Assembly (NCBI GenBank): GCA_038087875.1
Contig: JAXLNO010001265.1
Span: 186,001 to 250,000, forward strand
Length of the DNA: 64,000 nt
From: Malacoraja senta
Lineage: Eukaryota
Direction of reading: 5' to 3'
Below, in pieces: positions 24,821-49,835 of the stretch. How positions within the stretch are numbered: position 1 is the stretch's first letter; the number at the start of each line of letters is the position of its first letter. Made by a program: the position numbers and the translations under genes. A model generated the notes under the pieces. That model had not been told where the DNA came from and did not search any database. It worked only from the letters and a program-made list of their open reading frames with translations.

Positions 24821-27080
24821 CATCTTATTTATCTTGTCTCGCAGCGCCGGAGACGCGGGTTCGATCCTGACCTCGGGAGCTAGCTGTGTGGCGTTTGCAT
24901 GTCTCCTTGTGACCGCGTGGATTTCCTACGGGTTGCTCTGGTCCTCCCACATCCCATTGACATGCGGGTTTGTAATTGGCCTCTGAAATTGCCCCGAGTT
25001 TGCCGGGAGTGGATGAGAAAGTGGGATGGTGTGGACTTGTTGGACCGAATTGCCATTTGTTTCATGCTGTATCTCTAAACTAGATTGTTTTATTGAACAG
25101 CGAAGCAGGCTCGATCATGTAGGGTGGTCTATCGACATAATTACATGACAGGATTGCCATGGAGCCCCATCCCAGACACGGTGCAAAGGGTCCAACCACT
25201 ATTCCATGTGGATCGGCTTTGTTGCATCTTACTGCAGCCAGGTGCTTCCTCACCAAGCAGATGCACGGGGTTTGCAACGTAACAGGTCCAAGCTCGCAAC
25301 AATTGGTACCTGAGCACATTATTCCTTAGTCGACCATCGGAGATAGCTGCTGTGGGTTTTCGGAACATCGTGCGCTGAATACGGGGAAATGGGTGTAAGG
25401 AATCCCGGCCCATCGGCTTGGTGCATCGGCAGCAGCCTAGACTCTCAGTCTGAAGGCCTGGGTTTAAACTCAACCATGGAGATTGGAGGCCAACGCTCTG
25501 ATACTGGGAGGATGGGTTCCTTCCATTAGGGTTGACAGACGCTCATTCCCTTAGCAAGATTTGGCGGATTTGACACCCGGGTTGACATCCCAACCTCTGT
25601 TCCTCTTTGCGTGGAGTTTGTATTCTCCTTGAGACCGCGTGGATTTTCCCCGGGTTCCTTCCACATCTCGAGAGCCCGTGGATTCGTTGGTAAATTGACA
25701 GCGGGAATTGGGATGTAGATGATTGGAAGAATCCAGAGGGACGGAAATCAGGGGAGAAAATAAGGGTTAGTCAGGTAAGTGTAAAAGTGCGTGTTTCACA
25801 TTCAGTGCGGACAGCGAGCCGAAGGGTGTGTTCCTCGCCCTATAATTCTATAATTATGGAAGAGGGTAATTTCTCCCCAGACAGCTGATCAACAGTCCAC
25901 ACCAACTCCTGGCGTTATATTTCATTGCTTTGCCCTTTGTTTCCCACTACAGTGGTCACACCGCCACGATAGTTCAGCGGCAGTCCAACACCTCCGGGTG
26001 ACTGTCCGTCATATTTCTCGTTGCATTTCCCGTACAAATGATTTTAAGAGAGTTATTTGTGTGTAATTTTACCTAAAACGTAGTGAATTTTTGTCCCTTT
26101 AAAGTTCAAATCAGGACAGGCACGGGTTTAGGGGGGTGCCTCAAGCCGCCTCCGCCCCAGCCTTGTACAGAACCTCGGTGATCCCCGCAACGCACTGCAT
26201 TAAGCCCTTCTCCTTCTCCAGCCAACCAAAACCAACAAGACACCTTGCTATCTCAATTCACGCCTTCATCTCGCTGACCTTCAAGTGACGTCTTGCGATA
26301 AAACTGCTGTGCTCCGGCGAGATCTTGGGAGGTTAAAACCAGGGCGCACTCTCACTGGACGCTCTCAGTCTGTCCTTCTGATCAACGCTACAGAATAGTA
26401 GCTGAAACAAACCGCCGGTTAAACTTCACTGCGGTAGCGCCTTTAAGTGAGTTTTACGACTTTTTGGCTTTCTTATATTCCCCCCTGACGTTGTATCACC
26501 ACGATACCCTGCAGCAAACGCTTAACTTGCTTGATTTCCCTGAGAGAAATTAAATGACATTGATACAATCTCCTCAAAAATAGTATATTCCAAAATGATA
26601 TAGTTACTTATGCAGTACCTATCGTGTATTACATGCTCGGTGTATTATGAGTAACACGGCTATCGCGTCAGTGTTCATCATATAAATATTTAGATGCCAT
26701 TTTTATTGGCGGTTAGTAATGAAATAAGAGTTTTAGATGATAATAATTTTATTACAAGCAGTATTATTAAAAGTTGTAGCAATGTAATTGTAGTGAGATA
26801 ATTAGCCGTAAGAACCGATGCCAGGATGTAAATGACAAATACCAGAGGCATGGGTTTAACGTGAGAGGGGAAAAGTTTAAAGTTTTACGAGGGAAGTGTT
26901 TTTTACACAGGGCTGGTGGATGTCTGGAACGCACTGCCAGGAGAGGATTCAGATTTGACAGTGGCGTTTAAAAGGCTTTAACCTGGAGACATGAACATGC
27001 AGGAGATAAGGGGGATACAGAACCTGCGCAGGAATGATAGCCTAAAGCGCTTGTTCCTGTCCTCGACTCTTCTCTGTTCT

Positions 27081-27506
27081 ATAGACAATAGACAATAGGT
27101 GCAGGAGTAGGCCATTAGTCCCTTCAAGCCAGCACCGCCATTCAATGTGACCATGGCTGATCATCCTCAATCAGTACCCCGTTCCTGCCTTCTCCCCATA
27201 TCCCCTGACTCCGCTATTTTTAAGAGCCCTATCTAGCTCTCTCTTGAAAGCATCCAGAGAACCTGCCTCCACCGCCCTCTGAGGCAGCGAATTCCACAGA
27301 CTCGCCACTCTCTGTGAGAAAAAGTGTTTCCTCGTCTCCGTTCTAAATGGCTTACTCCTTATTCTTAATCTGTGGCCCCTGGTTCTGGACTCCCCCAACA
27401 TAGGAAACATGTTTCCTGCCTCTAGCGTGTCCAAGCCCTTAACAATCTTATATGTTTCAATGAGATGCCCTCTCATCCTTCTAAACTCCAGAGAGTACAA
27501 GCCCAA
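27081..27506 (-). mobile_element. CR1-type LINE 3' end (young)
   Basis: Open frame GLYSLEFRRMRGHLIETYKIVKG...RTRGH...FFSQRV..LWNSLP...FKRELD is the CR1 ORF2 C-terminus; (ctattgt)n tail. Confidence 0.9.
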
Positions 27507-29387
27507 TGTTTTAAGTGCTGCTAGTGCTTCTCAAAAATGATGCTTTGTTTGTCCCTGACTACACTGAGAGGACAGCGTTGCTCCTCCAAACACATCCATC
27601 CAACCTGCACACACCCATCAACCTGCACACAGCCCTTCACTTCCCTATGAACGGTTGCATTTATGTCTGTAAGATATCCTACCAAAGATAAAGCTGAATG
27701 CCATGCTGGGTGGTTCAGAACGCGGTTAAACATCAACTTCAGCGGTACCTTCCTGCTGCCACATGGAAGAAGACAAAAACATGAGAGAAGGGGCAAGCGA
27801 GAATGTGGAACGAGGAGGCCAAGGTTTATATTACCTGTGCTTTTACCTCGTCCTGGCCCTAGACCCAGCCTCTCCGGTTGAAACAGAGATTCGCTTGGAA
27901 TTAAGTCGACTGCAGTTCCCTCGACAATGGAGAAATAGGGTTTTACTGTTTATGCAGAGGCAGCTGAATGCTTCCCGTTATCTGCCACTGTAATTCTTAA
28001 TCTAACTGCCACGGTGTACTATCGGTCTGTGACCTCCTTCGCTGCTATCTTGTGTCCCCACGTAAGCTTGAGAAACAGTGTTCCATCCTGCCACAACCTT
28101 CCATGCTCAATATCAACCGCTTCATTTGCCTTCTCCGTTTGTACCAGAACTAACCAGTTCTGCTGCAGATCACCAGTTCTGCTGCAGATCACCAGGCAGC
28201 TATGCATTTCGCAGTTTCCCCATTATTTGGATTGGAGTCTGAGAGAGACGCGGCGCGGAAACAGGACCCTGTTCTCACCGCGTGTGTGTTCCCTATATAA
28301 ATACCATCATAATCAGCAGGGCAGAACTGGGATCACTCTGACAGAGATGCTATGCGAGTCGCATGCTCCGCTCCCCCATCCTTTCTGCAACTGAAAACAA
28401 ACTTGTTTACTTCTTCCAGGTTCCACCGAGGGGTTCTCGACATTAAACATTGGGTTGTTTTTCTCTGCGCAGATCCAGTGTCACCTTAATTTCCTATTTT
28501 TTGTCTCGGAAGCTGGCCGTTTGGCTCGATGGTTTAAATGCCGTCACTATGTGGAATAGTGCCGGTACTCTCTCCCCTTTTTCTCCATGCCCCCTTCACA
28601 AATGCCCGCCAAGTTCAAGTTCAAGTGAGTTTATTGTCATGTGTCCCTGATAGGACAATGAAATTCTTGCTTTGCTTCAGCACACAGAACATAGTAGGCA
28701 TTTACTACTATGGGCCAGCGCCCTTTTGATTCATTTTCTTGCCACACTGGGTAACGAGTTGCAGCGGCAGTAACCCGGCCAACGTATCCTTAGAACATGG
28801 GAGGAAAGCGGACCATCCGGATGTAACCCACACACACGAAAGTAAGAGTCACGGAATTGGCGTGACTGACGAAGGTTGCAGCAGGTTTGAGAAGCCCCAT
28901 GGACTAATCAATCCTCCTGTTCTTTATGTCGTCTGGAATGAGATTTAATTAATAAAATCCGCTTGGTACTTCCCCGAACAACTACACCGCTGAGGGCCAC
29001 CTATAGAATCAACGTTTCATGAGTTTTCTTTAAATTGAGCCGAATTGATGCTCGCACGGTGGAATTTTATCCCAGTGAATTACCGCAGCTATGTAATGTT
29101 TATGTGATTTATAAAATTGATTATCAATATTTATCTGACCATGCTTCATTAAATTAATCGCTGCCGTCATTTTAGGTGGAATGGGTTGTAAATGTGTGAC
29201 TCTCTCCTCCCCTCTCTCCTCTCTCTCTCACACACACAAGCTCCTGATCACTTTCTTTATTTATTTTTTGCTATGAGTCAACCCGTCTCCGGTACGTGTT
29301 TATTGCCAACTAGGGAATGAACGGGTTTCACGATTTTCTGGGGTGCAATCAATAGATTTGGCTTTGGGCCATAAAATCATCCGACGA

Positions 29388-29609
29388 ACCTCTCTGCCCC
29401 TGAGGGTAGTTGAGGCCAGTTCATTGGCTATATTTAAGAGGGAGTTAGATGTGGCCCTTGTGGCTAAAGGGATCAGGGGGTATGGAGAGAAGGCAGGTAC
29501 GGGATACTGAGTTGGATGATCAGCCATGATCATATTGAATGGCGGTGCAGGGTCGAAGGGCCGAATGGCCTACTCCTGCACCTATTTTCTATGTATCTAT
29601 GTATCTATG
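29388..29609 (+). mobile_element. CR1-type LINE 3' end
   Basis: Same 3' UTR as the 27081-27506 copy, with a (tctatgta)n tail. Confidence 0.8.
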
Positions 29610-29878
29610 AATTTGAGCGGCGTTTCTCCCCGTTGTAAGACCGGGCCACTCTCAAGGTGATCAAATGATGCAATTTATTTGAAGCGCCACACATTTTGAC
29701 GCGCCCTCACTCGCTTTGCGGTGTCTTTGCGCGGTTGAAAGCAAAATTACACGACGCGCTTTTTTTCTGCATGGGGATACCGGTGACTCTCTCTCTCTCT
29801 CTCTTAAATCCTAGATAAACCCCAGTGGAGCGGACTCGTGGAACTGCAACTGAAAGGAAACGGTCGTGATCCGCGAAC

Positions 29879-36428
<6,550 letters not shown>

Positions 36429-37819
36429 GCACCAGTTTCTGACGTAGAGCCAGGAAGCACACAAAGTTCAATATTTTGCTTCAAAGCAACTTTCCGCTCC
36501 GTCCTATTCCCCTTCGTTGATCAGGTTCTCCCAAATATTGATGATTCTTATTGTTATAATCTATTAATATATTTAAACAACCCGTTTTTAATAAGAGGAT
36601 GGGAATACAATTCGAGCAATCCACAAAGTCGTGGATTAACTAACACATCATTTCACCAGAGCTATGTAATTCTTAGATGCTAACGCGACTGGGTTACCGC
36701 AATAGTATAAGATGCCAAAGTTGATATAATTCTAAGGCAGACACAAAATGCTGGAGTAACTCATCGGGACAGGTAGTGTCTCTGGAGAGAAGGAATGGGT
36801 GACGTTTCTGGTCGAGACCCTTCTTTTTTGTGTCTACCTTCGATTTAAACCAGCATTTGCAGATCTTTCCTGCACTTAGATATCATTTTGTTCCATATCA
36901 ATCCCGAACTGACACCAGGACTGTGAGAAAGTACATCTTACCAACTAACGTAAGGTGTACATTTTGTATGCTATTATTAATATATGCTACTATTCTCACT
37001 AAACGGCGCGTGGGTGGATTTCCATCATAGTTAATAATGGAAAGGTATCTTTAATTATCGAGTAATGTATTTAATTCCAGCCCGTTATGACTCCCGCGGA
37101 TTTAAACCTTCAAGACATTATGTTCGTTTCATTTATAGCCGTTTGAACGTCCTTAGTGGAAAGTGGAATTGATAAAAAACCAATCAGGCTAGAAATTGCC
37201 CTGGTTAAGTGGCTGGCGATGCATTAAACTCACGTGAATTTGCAGTTTCTGGACACTCGGCCAGCGTCTTTCACCCACCGCCTCTGCCGAAACTCGCTGG
37301 TGAAAGCAACAGATCTAGTTCTTCAAAGGCGATACACTCTGATTTTGTTTCTTTCCAAAGAGCAGCAAGTTGGGATGTTTACGTTTGTCCAAGGGATAAC
37401 GATCCTGGGGGGGGGGGTCATTTTGATCGAAGGAAATCGTATAACTGGGATGGAAGTGAATGCGTTTACCTCAGATTATGGCTACAACACCATATAATTC
37501 AGTTATACTCCAGAGGGAACAATCCGAACAAAATGGACCTGGAAGCGCGGAATAAATAATTATTACTTTGCATTTCTTTTTCCAAAAGTTACGCGGTTTC
37601 GTATGAACCACTGCCCGTAAAATGTGAACAATATGAATCCAATAAATTGTCACAATATACAAATTGATGTAAAGAGTCCATCGTTTATTTTCCAGTTATC
37701 GGAGAACAGACTCGTGCAATCGCCAGAAAGAGTACTATGATCTCGTATATCCGTAATGATATGAATAAATATCTACGTGTGCAATTACTGAAAAATCTCG
37801 TAATGGATTGAATTACGTA

Positions 37820-38280
37820 GAACGTAGAATAGAACAGCACAGGAACAGGCCCTTCGGCTCGCAGTGTTCATGCCGCATATGTTACCAAATTAAATTAATC
37901 TCTTCTGCCTGCACTTAATCCATATTCCTCCAGTCCCTGCCTACCATGTGCTTACATAAAACCCCCTTCAACGTTACAATCGTCTCTGCTTCCACTACCA
38001 CACCGAGCAATGTGTTACAGGCACCCAGTACCCCCTGTGTAAATAACTTGTCTCCGCATGTCTTCCGCATGTCTCCTTTAAACTATGTCAATCTCATAAT
38101 AAAGCTACGCCCTTTAGTCTTTGACATATTGACCATAGGAAATAATATTCTGTGTGTCCGCTTTATGCCTCCCATAATTTTATATACTTCTATCAGGTGT
38201 CCCTCAACCTCTGGCTTTCCAGAAAGAAACCACTGCAAGTCTGTCCAACCTCTCCTTAAAACGAATACACTCTAATCCAA
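37820..38280 (-). mobile_element. Degraded CR1-type LINE 3' fragment
   Basis: agaacagcacaggaacaggcccttcggc tail and CR1 ORF2 remnant. Confidence 0.6.
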
Positions 38281-39287
38281 GGTAGACAAAAATGCTGGAG
38301 AAACTCAGCGGGTGAGGCAGCATCTATGGAGCGAAGGAAATAGGCGACGTTGCGGGTCGAGGCCCTTCTTCAGACTCTAGTCCAAAATTCTTAAAATACA
38401 ATTTGGTCATACGGCAGGTAAATTTGAAAGACATATAAATCGCGGGGTTAAATATGCCTAGACGTATTTTCCACGAAGGTTCACATTACGATGGTCATAC
38501 AGTTCTGTTTCAACTATTTTTATATCGTGTCTTTCATGATCTACCCTAGACTTAAAGAATATATAGTGGACGGATCAGGTGTAACTGAAATCTGCAAATT
38601 TAGATTTTAAAGGATTAATCGAAATGCAAAACACCACAGAAAACGAGTAGGCGACGTTTCGGGTCGAGTCCCTTCATGAGACTAAGAGACCCTTCATCAG
38701 ACGTCGTCTATTCCTTTACTCCAGAGATGCTGCCAGACTCGCTGAGTTACTCGAGCATTTTGTGTCTATAATTGGAAAAGCTATCTGGTGCAAACGCCAG
38801 CTGTAATGATGCAGAGTGTTTTCTCTAGAATTAATAATATTTCTCCCAGTCGATCAGCAGTAAGACTGTGGAGCTTCCACATAATATGAGCGCACTTTGC
38901 TCTGCTTTCGGATGATCAAAGTACACGTTAATGCACACACTTCTGATGAAGCGTTTCTTCTTTCCACACATGCTGACTGAGCATTTGCATCATTTTCTAT
39001 TTTATAATAAATCACAAATGCTGGCAAACAACGAGAAAAGTGTGCTTCATTGGTTTTGTGGAAAGAGGCAAATGCGCCACTAGTTATTCTCTGAGACCAC
39101 ATCCAAAGATCCAGATCAATAAAACAAAAACAAAAACAAAAACAAGCAAGGCCGGACTGCACTACTACAGTTTAAGATTTATTATTTGCATTACAACGCA
39201 ATTAATATTTACAAATAACAAACGCCCAATAGACTGTGGCTATTTCGGATATTCTACAGAACGATCAAAACTGAATTAGTACACAGT

Positions 39288-39333
39288 ATGAATGAATGAA
39301 TGAATGAATGAATGAATGAATGAATGAATGAAT
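39288..39333 (+). repeat. (GAAT)n microsatellite
   Basis: About 11 perfect units. Confidence 0.95.
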
Positions 39334-39660
39334 AGTTTATTTCGGTCATACATTAAAAGGAACAAAACTTTACAATCTGTGTGAATATGAACCAACACTG
39401 TATCCATTTCACACAACGTTCACATAATCAATGACCGAAAAAGGAATAGGCTGAAGCCACAAAGCTTATTTTTGCCTATCCTATACAATAAATAGTATTG
39501 GTTCATAAACAACGTCCCACTTTTAGCAGGTGATGTTTGTGTGGTAATGTGCTTTGGCAGTGAAAAGAACGACCCACTGCTTGGAAACATATCGCTCGCA
39601 TCTTCTAGTGCTTGTACAATAGAGGGAAAGGAACAGGCCGGCAGATATATAATCTCCAAG

Positions 39661-40058
39661 CATCTCTGGAGGGACCTGAAAATAGCTGTGCATCGACGCT
39701 CCCCATCCAACCTGACAGAGCTTGAGAGGATCTGCAGAGAAGAATGGGAGAAATTACCCAAATATAGGTGTGCCAAGCTTGTAGCGTCATACCCAAGAAG
39801 ACGTGGATGTGATCGCTGTCAAAGGCGTTTCAACAAAGTACTGAGTTAAGGGTCTGAATACTTATGTAAATGTGATATTTCAGTTATTTATTTTGAATTA
39901 CTTTGCAAAAATGTCTAAACACCGGTTTTCGCTTTTTTTATTATGGGGTATTGTGTGCAGATTGATGATAAAAATGAATTTAATCAATTTTAGAATAAGG
40001 CTGTAACATAACAAAATGTGGAAAAGTGAAGGGGTCTGAATACTTTATGAATGCAATG
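39661..40058 (+). mobile_element. Tc1/mariner DNA transposon right-end remnant (transposase C-terminus plus IR/DR-type terminal repeat)
   Basis: HLWRDLKIAVHRRSPSNLTELERICREEWEKLPKYRCAKLVASYPRR is a Tc1 transposase C-terminus. Direct repeat gggtctgaatactt occurs twice. The element ends ...gcaatg followed by TA. Confidence 0.88.
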
Positions 40059-41107
40059 TATAATAGAAAAAAAAGTCAACGGGAAGTTCCGTTTGTCGTA
40101 TTCAGTGTTAACATGGACAGATTCATTCGAGGCACCCAATTACCTTTTTACCTACACTTTATGTCATTGCATTCGATAACAAACCATATTGTAGTCAGAA
40201 TTCTGGGAATTAGCAGTAATCGGTATTTATTTTAGCCCATACAATTGCAACTCCAATCACAAAGCTACCGGGTCTATCAGATGGTTCGTCAAACAAGCAG
40301 CTTCTTCGTCATATCTTGCAATGAGTGAAATAATAGACTAATGCTTAGAATTAGGAGAAAGCGTAGAAGTCGGGATGGAAGGAGATGAAGGCGAATGAGG
40401 ATTAGTTGGTCCGCCTAGTGGCCGCACCCTGTCTAATAATTAATTTGGGTTAAGTTATATCGGTCAGTTGCAACATTTTGAAACCCATGTGAAAATGTTC
40501 CGGGTGCTTTTAATCTACGGGGCCTTCATAAGTTTTGTTAAATATTTTAGCTTTGGCAGCATAAATAACTGACGACGCAAATTTGAGTCAATGGCGTAGT
40601 GAGAAGTGTCATTAATATTGCAACTAGGGGTGGAGGAGGGACTGAGAGAGAATTTAAATTGTGTGTTTGTAGACGTGAGCATTTACTTGACACTGAAACG
40701 CAACTCACTTGCACTTATTGAATCAAAGAGTGGTGTATTTTAAAGAAAGCTTATCTGTATAGAACGCAAATTAATGCAAAGCCCCGCTATGAAACGTCAG
40801 ATTACGGCCACCCCGGGGCGGAATTGGAAAATAATTATGGACATGGTTACATAGTTTTCATTCCGATGACCCACCCCAAATGTTAGCAAAGGATAGCAGA
40901 TACGGTATATGTAAAATAAAAAGAGAAAATTCTGGAAACGCTCATGAGATCGGGCAGCATCCGTGGGAAAATGTACATAACCCTTGACTGTTTCTCTTTC
41001 CTCAAAAAGATAACTGACCCATCGATCGTTACCAGCATTTTCCCTTTTTATATCTAGCTTCAAGATTGCTGGTTAGCTGTTTGCCCATCCCTCTATCTGA
41101 AATGATC

Positions 41108-45548
<4,441 letters not shown>

Positions 45549-48009
45549 CCTCTTTGAGTTTCAGTTGACTAGCTGATCCACAGGCAGGATGACTCCGGTC
45601 TTGGATACAGATTTCTACCAGATTGAGAACTACAAGTCTGGTAAAGTTACTGTGAAGCAGAGATGCGTCGAATGTATTTCTAAAACCACTGTGCTGCATA
45701 TTGGGGCTTGCGAAAAAACACATTGTGTCTACTGTGATAAAAAGATACAACTGGCAAGTGAAATAATTCATTGAATTCAGCAGAGGGTATTGACCTTAGA
45801 TTTTAGAACGGGTTCCTAGCCTGGTCGTGTTATAAATGTTACATTTATTTTACAAAGTATCCACGTAAATCCACCAGTTATAGCTGAGTGACGTACTCTT
45901 ATGCTGAGCACATTGGTAATTATAATAACATTAACCTCACCTGTCAGATTTTAAGAACACTTTTCTATCATAATCATACATTGGTGCTGCCGGAAGTTAA
46001 TCTCCGAAAATAACCTAACATATTCATTTATTTATTTCCAATGTTGAAGAAGTTGTTTCTAGTTGTTCGCTCCCTTCTATTTGGAACAAACTAGTTACAA
46101 CTTAACGTGGATTTTTTCTTTAAAGGAAAATGGATGAGATATCGAAATATCTTGACTGACATCCTCCCAAGTACTGTATTTAAGTGTTTATTGTGGCAAG
46201 CCCTTTGATACAATAATTTTTAAATGTATTATGTAATGACAAATTTCCAAATGATATTTCAGTTTCAACGTTGAATCCTGCACTGCTACATCCACTACAG
46301 CTCAAAATAACGCAAGGGAACACATTCCCAGCGTAAACCACAAGATCCTGGAATAATCCAGCGGGTCAGTTAACATCCTTGGAAGACATGGTGTCGTTTC
46401 GGATCGGGACCCTTCTTCAGAACGTAGCGCACTGGTAGTTCCCTCGTGTCTGATGAAAACAGTTCCCTTTATCCTAAGAACATTATTCTCGCAGGGTATG
46501 ATGAATCGCTTGAATTCTCTGCCCCGTGGAATTGTGGAGGCTAGATCATTGGCAGTAATTAATGTTGTGGTAGATTTTTTTTAAAGATCGAGCAATTGAG
46601 GGATAGGGAATTGCCACGGAGATGGAGTTGAGACCTGGGCTAGTTCAACCATGTTCACAAGGTTGAGGGGGTCAGGTGGCTTATTCATGCTGTTATCTTT
46701 TTTTAATGTTCATGTGCACTGTGCTACTAATTTAGAGAAGAGCATGGCTGTTGCCCGCATCTACGTACTGGATATTAGAAGATTGAGAGCTGATTTCATT
46801 GAGATATAGAATATTTTGAAAGGGAGAATGACGGTGCAGATATCACGATGGTGTGCCGGCAGACGAGAGATTCGAGAACTGGGTCACATATTGGGACAAA
46901 AATGAGAGGAAAATCAAAATTAAGATGCTAGAAATCTGAAATAAAATAGAATGTCGGAGTCACTCGGCGGGTCAGTCAGCACCGATGGAAAGAGAAATAC
47001 ATACCGTGCCGGGTTTAGGGGGCTGCTTCCGAACGGGAAAGCGACAAAACACGTTGGTTTTATGTGCTAGAGAAGGTGGGTGGGGGAATAAATACAGAAA
47101 CAAAAATATTTATGATACAGCGAGACCAGGTAACATAACGCGACAGTGAAATAGAAGTTAAGATCGATTACACTTATTTATCTCTGCAATGCGTTTCTAA
47201 TGGAGTTTTTGGATGTTCCCAGCAGGCCGGACTATTCAGCAAATGAACAACCGAGTTACAATTATGATAGGTGGAAATGATCAGTTCTGATGAAGCAGAA
47301 GGAAAGAATTAGTTTCCAAAAATTGGATGATTCGATATTGTCTAGAAGACCCGTCTCCAATTTTCTGCAAGGTAGTCCCATGGATGTTTAGCTGCCGAGT
47401 ACATTCAAGGCAAATAGATAAATCGGTTGCTGTATGCATCCCTAGATTAGTTGGGGAATCGGGACTTTGTGGGATATAAATCTTAGAGAATAGGTTATGG
47501 GGAAATGAGTGGGAGCATGGAACCAAGGCGAGTGCTCACAGATTTGCAAGGATATTTAGCGTCCTGCGATCGTTTTAAAATTGGCACAGGGATGGAAATG
47601 AGGCCTGGGACGGATAGACCATGATCACATTGACCATAGTTGATCCACCTCAACTTCATCTAAGATAGATTGACATTTGAACGCTGATCAAGAGACATGG
47701 GGATTCGATGGGAAATGGATTGGAGGTGCAGAATTTTGGTCACTGAGTGAATGGGAGCAGGCAGTTGGGATTAGTTTTGCTTGGTCAATTTGGTCGGCAT
47801 GGACGAATTGGCCAAAGGGCCAGTTTCCATTCAGTATAGCTCTATAACTATGTTACCCGAAGAGAATATCCGAAGAGTCATGTTACCCGAAGAGAATAGA
47901 AAGTGCACTTGATCAGTGTGTTATTGTCAGTCCAGAGAGTAACATTTAATCCACGCCTGTGGGGAGGTCAGGAGATGGGTGGTCCTGGTGAAATTCAAAC
48001 TTGGTGATT

Positions 48010-48330
48010 AAGTCACTGGTGAATGGGTGCTTCTTGATAGCTTTGTTGATGATGAGCTTGATCGCCCCGACGAGCAGGCCCGCCGCCGGCTACAGGAGTA
48101 AGATCGTCCCGTCAACGGAAGGTTAGAGGCCCCGACCGCTGGAGAACAAAGAAGGGAGAGATTGAACTTGCTTTCGCCTTCCATCACAGTGAGGAATGCG
48201 GAGGAGTCACTGTTGTGGATGTTCATGTTAAAGTGTATTTTTGTGTGTTCTGCTGCTTTTTATTGGTATGACTGTATGGCAAATCAAATTCTTCACATGC
48301 CGCAAAACATACTTGGCTAATAATGTACTA
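48010..48330 (+). mobile_element. Retroposon of the same family as 583-970
   Basis: Shares gccttccatcacagtgagga...tcactgt..tggatgtt.atgt with the reverse complement of 700-760. Confidence 0.5.
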
Positions 48331-49146
48331 TGCTGGTAATCTAGAGCAGACTGAATGGGCAGTAAATTGCCATATATGGACGCACGGCGAGGTACTACAA
48401 CCGAGGTACTGGGTGATCTCAAAGCTCTCAAAGCTCCCCGTGTACAATCCTCTGAGCCATTTGATGATATCTATGGAGAGAATGAAATTGGCGGGAGACC
48501 GATTTATGTCATGGTGGAGACCTCACGAGGAAGCTGAGAGCTTCGCACAGTAGCCGTTTCAATTCCACCACCATTTACGACCACGCCATTGGTTATGAGG
48601 CCGATTAGCTCTGCACGCTGACATTGCTGTTTTGTGCGCATACATGCATTTCCATGTGCTTATCCGAAAACCTCTTAAACGCCACAATCGCATCTCCTCC
48701 ACCACTGGCAGCGCGTTATAGGCATCCACTATTCTTCACTCAGTTGGTAGCCGTCATTTTTGCGCTGCTCCCGACCATGCTGGCAACAGATGTACCTGAC
48801 ACACAGTACCCACAGTTTACATGCTGCTTACATTAGTTTATAAGTTATACATGCTTTGGGATTTTAATGAAACATGAGAATCCCATATCACCTGGAAATA
48901 TTCCCAAAATAGATATTTTACCAAAGCCCCTTACCCATTCATTTCCCAGCGATATTTATCACAATTTCCGATGTTATTCTTGCGTTTCTCTACGCCCTCT
49001 TGGTGATTTCTGGCAAAGCATATCGTCGGTTTGGGTATTAAGCGTAATATGCATAACTGGGTTGTGGCGTATTTTTATAATGGATGTTAATTGACGAAAG
49101 ATTTAAAACGGAGTTTCCATCTGCTGATGCTTGGAGAGGTTAGAAG

Positions 49147-49835
49147 GTAGAACAAACAGTAGAGGAACAGGCCCTTCGGCTCATAATGACCATAACGACC
49201 ATCCTGAACCCGATGCAAAGGTATACTAATCTTCTCTGCCAGCACAGGATCCATATGCCTGCATTTCCATGTGCTTATCTGAAAACCTCTTAAACACCAC
49301 AATCGCATCTCCTCCACCACTGCCAGCGCGTTATGGGCATCCACTATTCTCTGTGTAAAATTCATGTCCCGCACATATCTGTGAAACCTTCCCAACCTGA
49401 CAAAGTCATGCCCTCTAGTCTTTGACATTTCCATTCTGGGAAACAGGTTGTGACCGTGTACCTTATCTCTGGCTCTCATAATTTGTATACACTTTTGTTA
49501 GGTCTTTACTCAACCCCCGACAGAGAAAATAATTTAAATCCGTCCAACATCTCCTTGTAGCTAACACTCTCGAAACCAGGCAACGTTCTGGACAATCTCT
49601 TCTGCCCCTCTCTAAAGCCTCCTAATCCTTCTTCTAATGGGGGCGACCAGAACTGTACAGAATACTCGAAATACGGCCTATCCAAAGTGTTATAAAGCTG
49701 CAACATGGCTTACTGACGTTTTACTCAATGCCCCGATCGATGAAAGCACGCATGCCACCGCATCTATACCATTCTGCCTACTCGTGTTGCCACTTCCAGG
49801 GAGTTTTGGACTTTAATCCCCCTGTACATTAATGT
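49147..49835 (-). mobile_element. Degraded CR1-type LINE
   Basis: MLQLYNTLDRPYFEYSVQFWSP and KTRGH remnants, plus a 3' tail. Confidence 0.8.

Noticed and set aside
27521-28394. Cluster of short ORFs, a TATATAAA motif and a 19-bp tandem duplication (accagttctgctgcagatc)x2
   Set aside because: No recognisable protein family or coherent exon chain; could be lncRNA but this cannot be supported from sequence.
36429-41107. Poly(A) signals for paralogs 1 and 2 (AATAAA at 37551 and 37641 on +; 40226-40231 on -)
   Set aside because: Several candidates in AT-rich DNA; cannot choose among them without transcript data.
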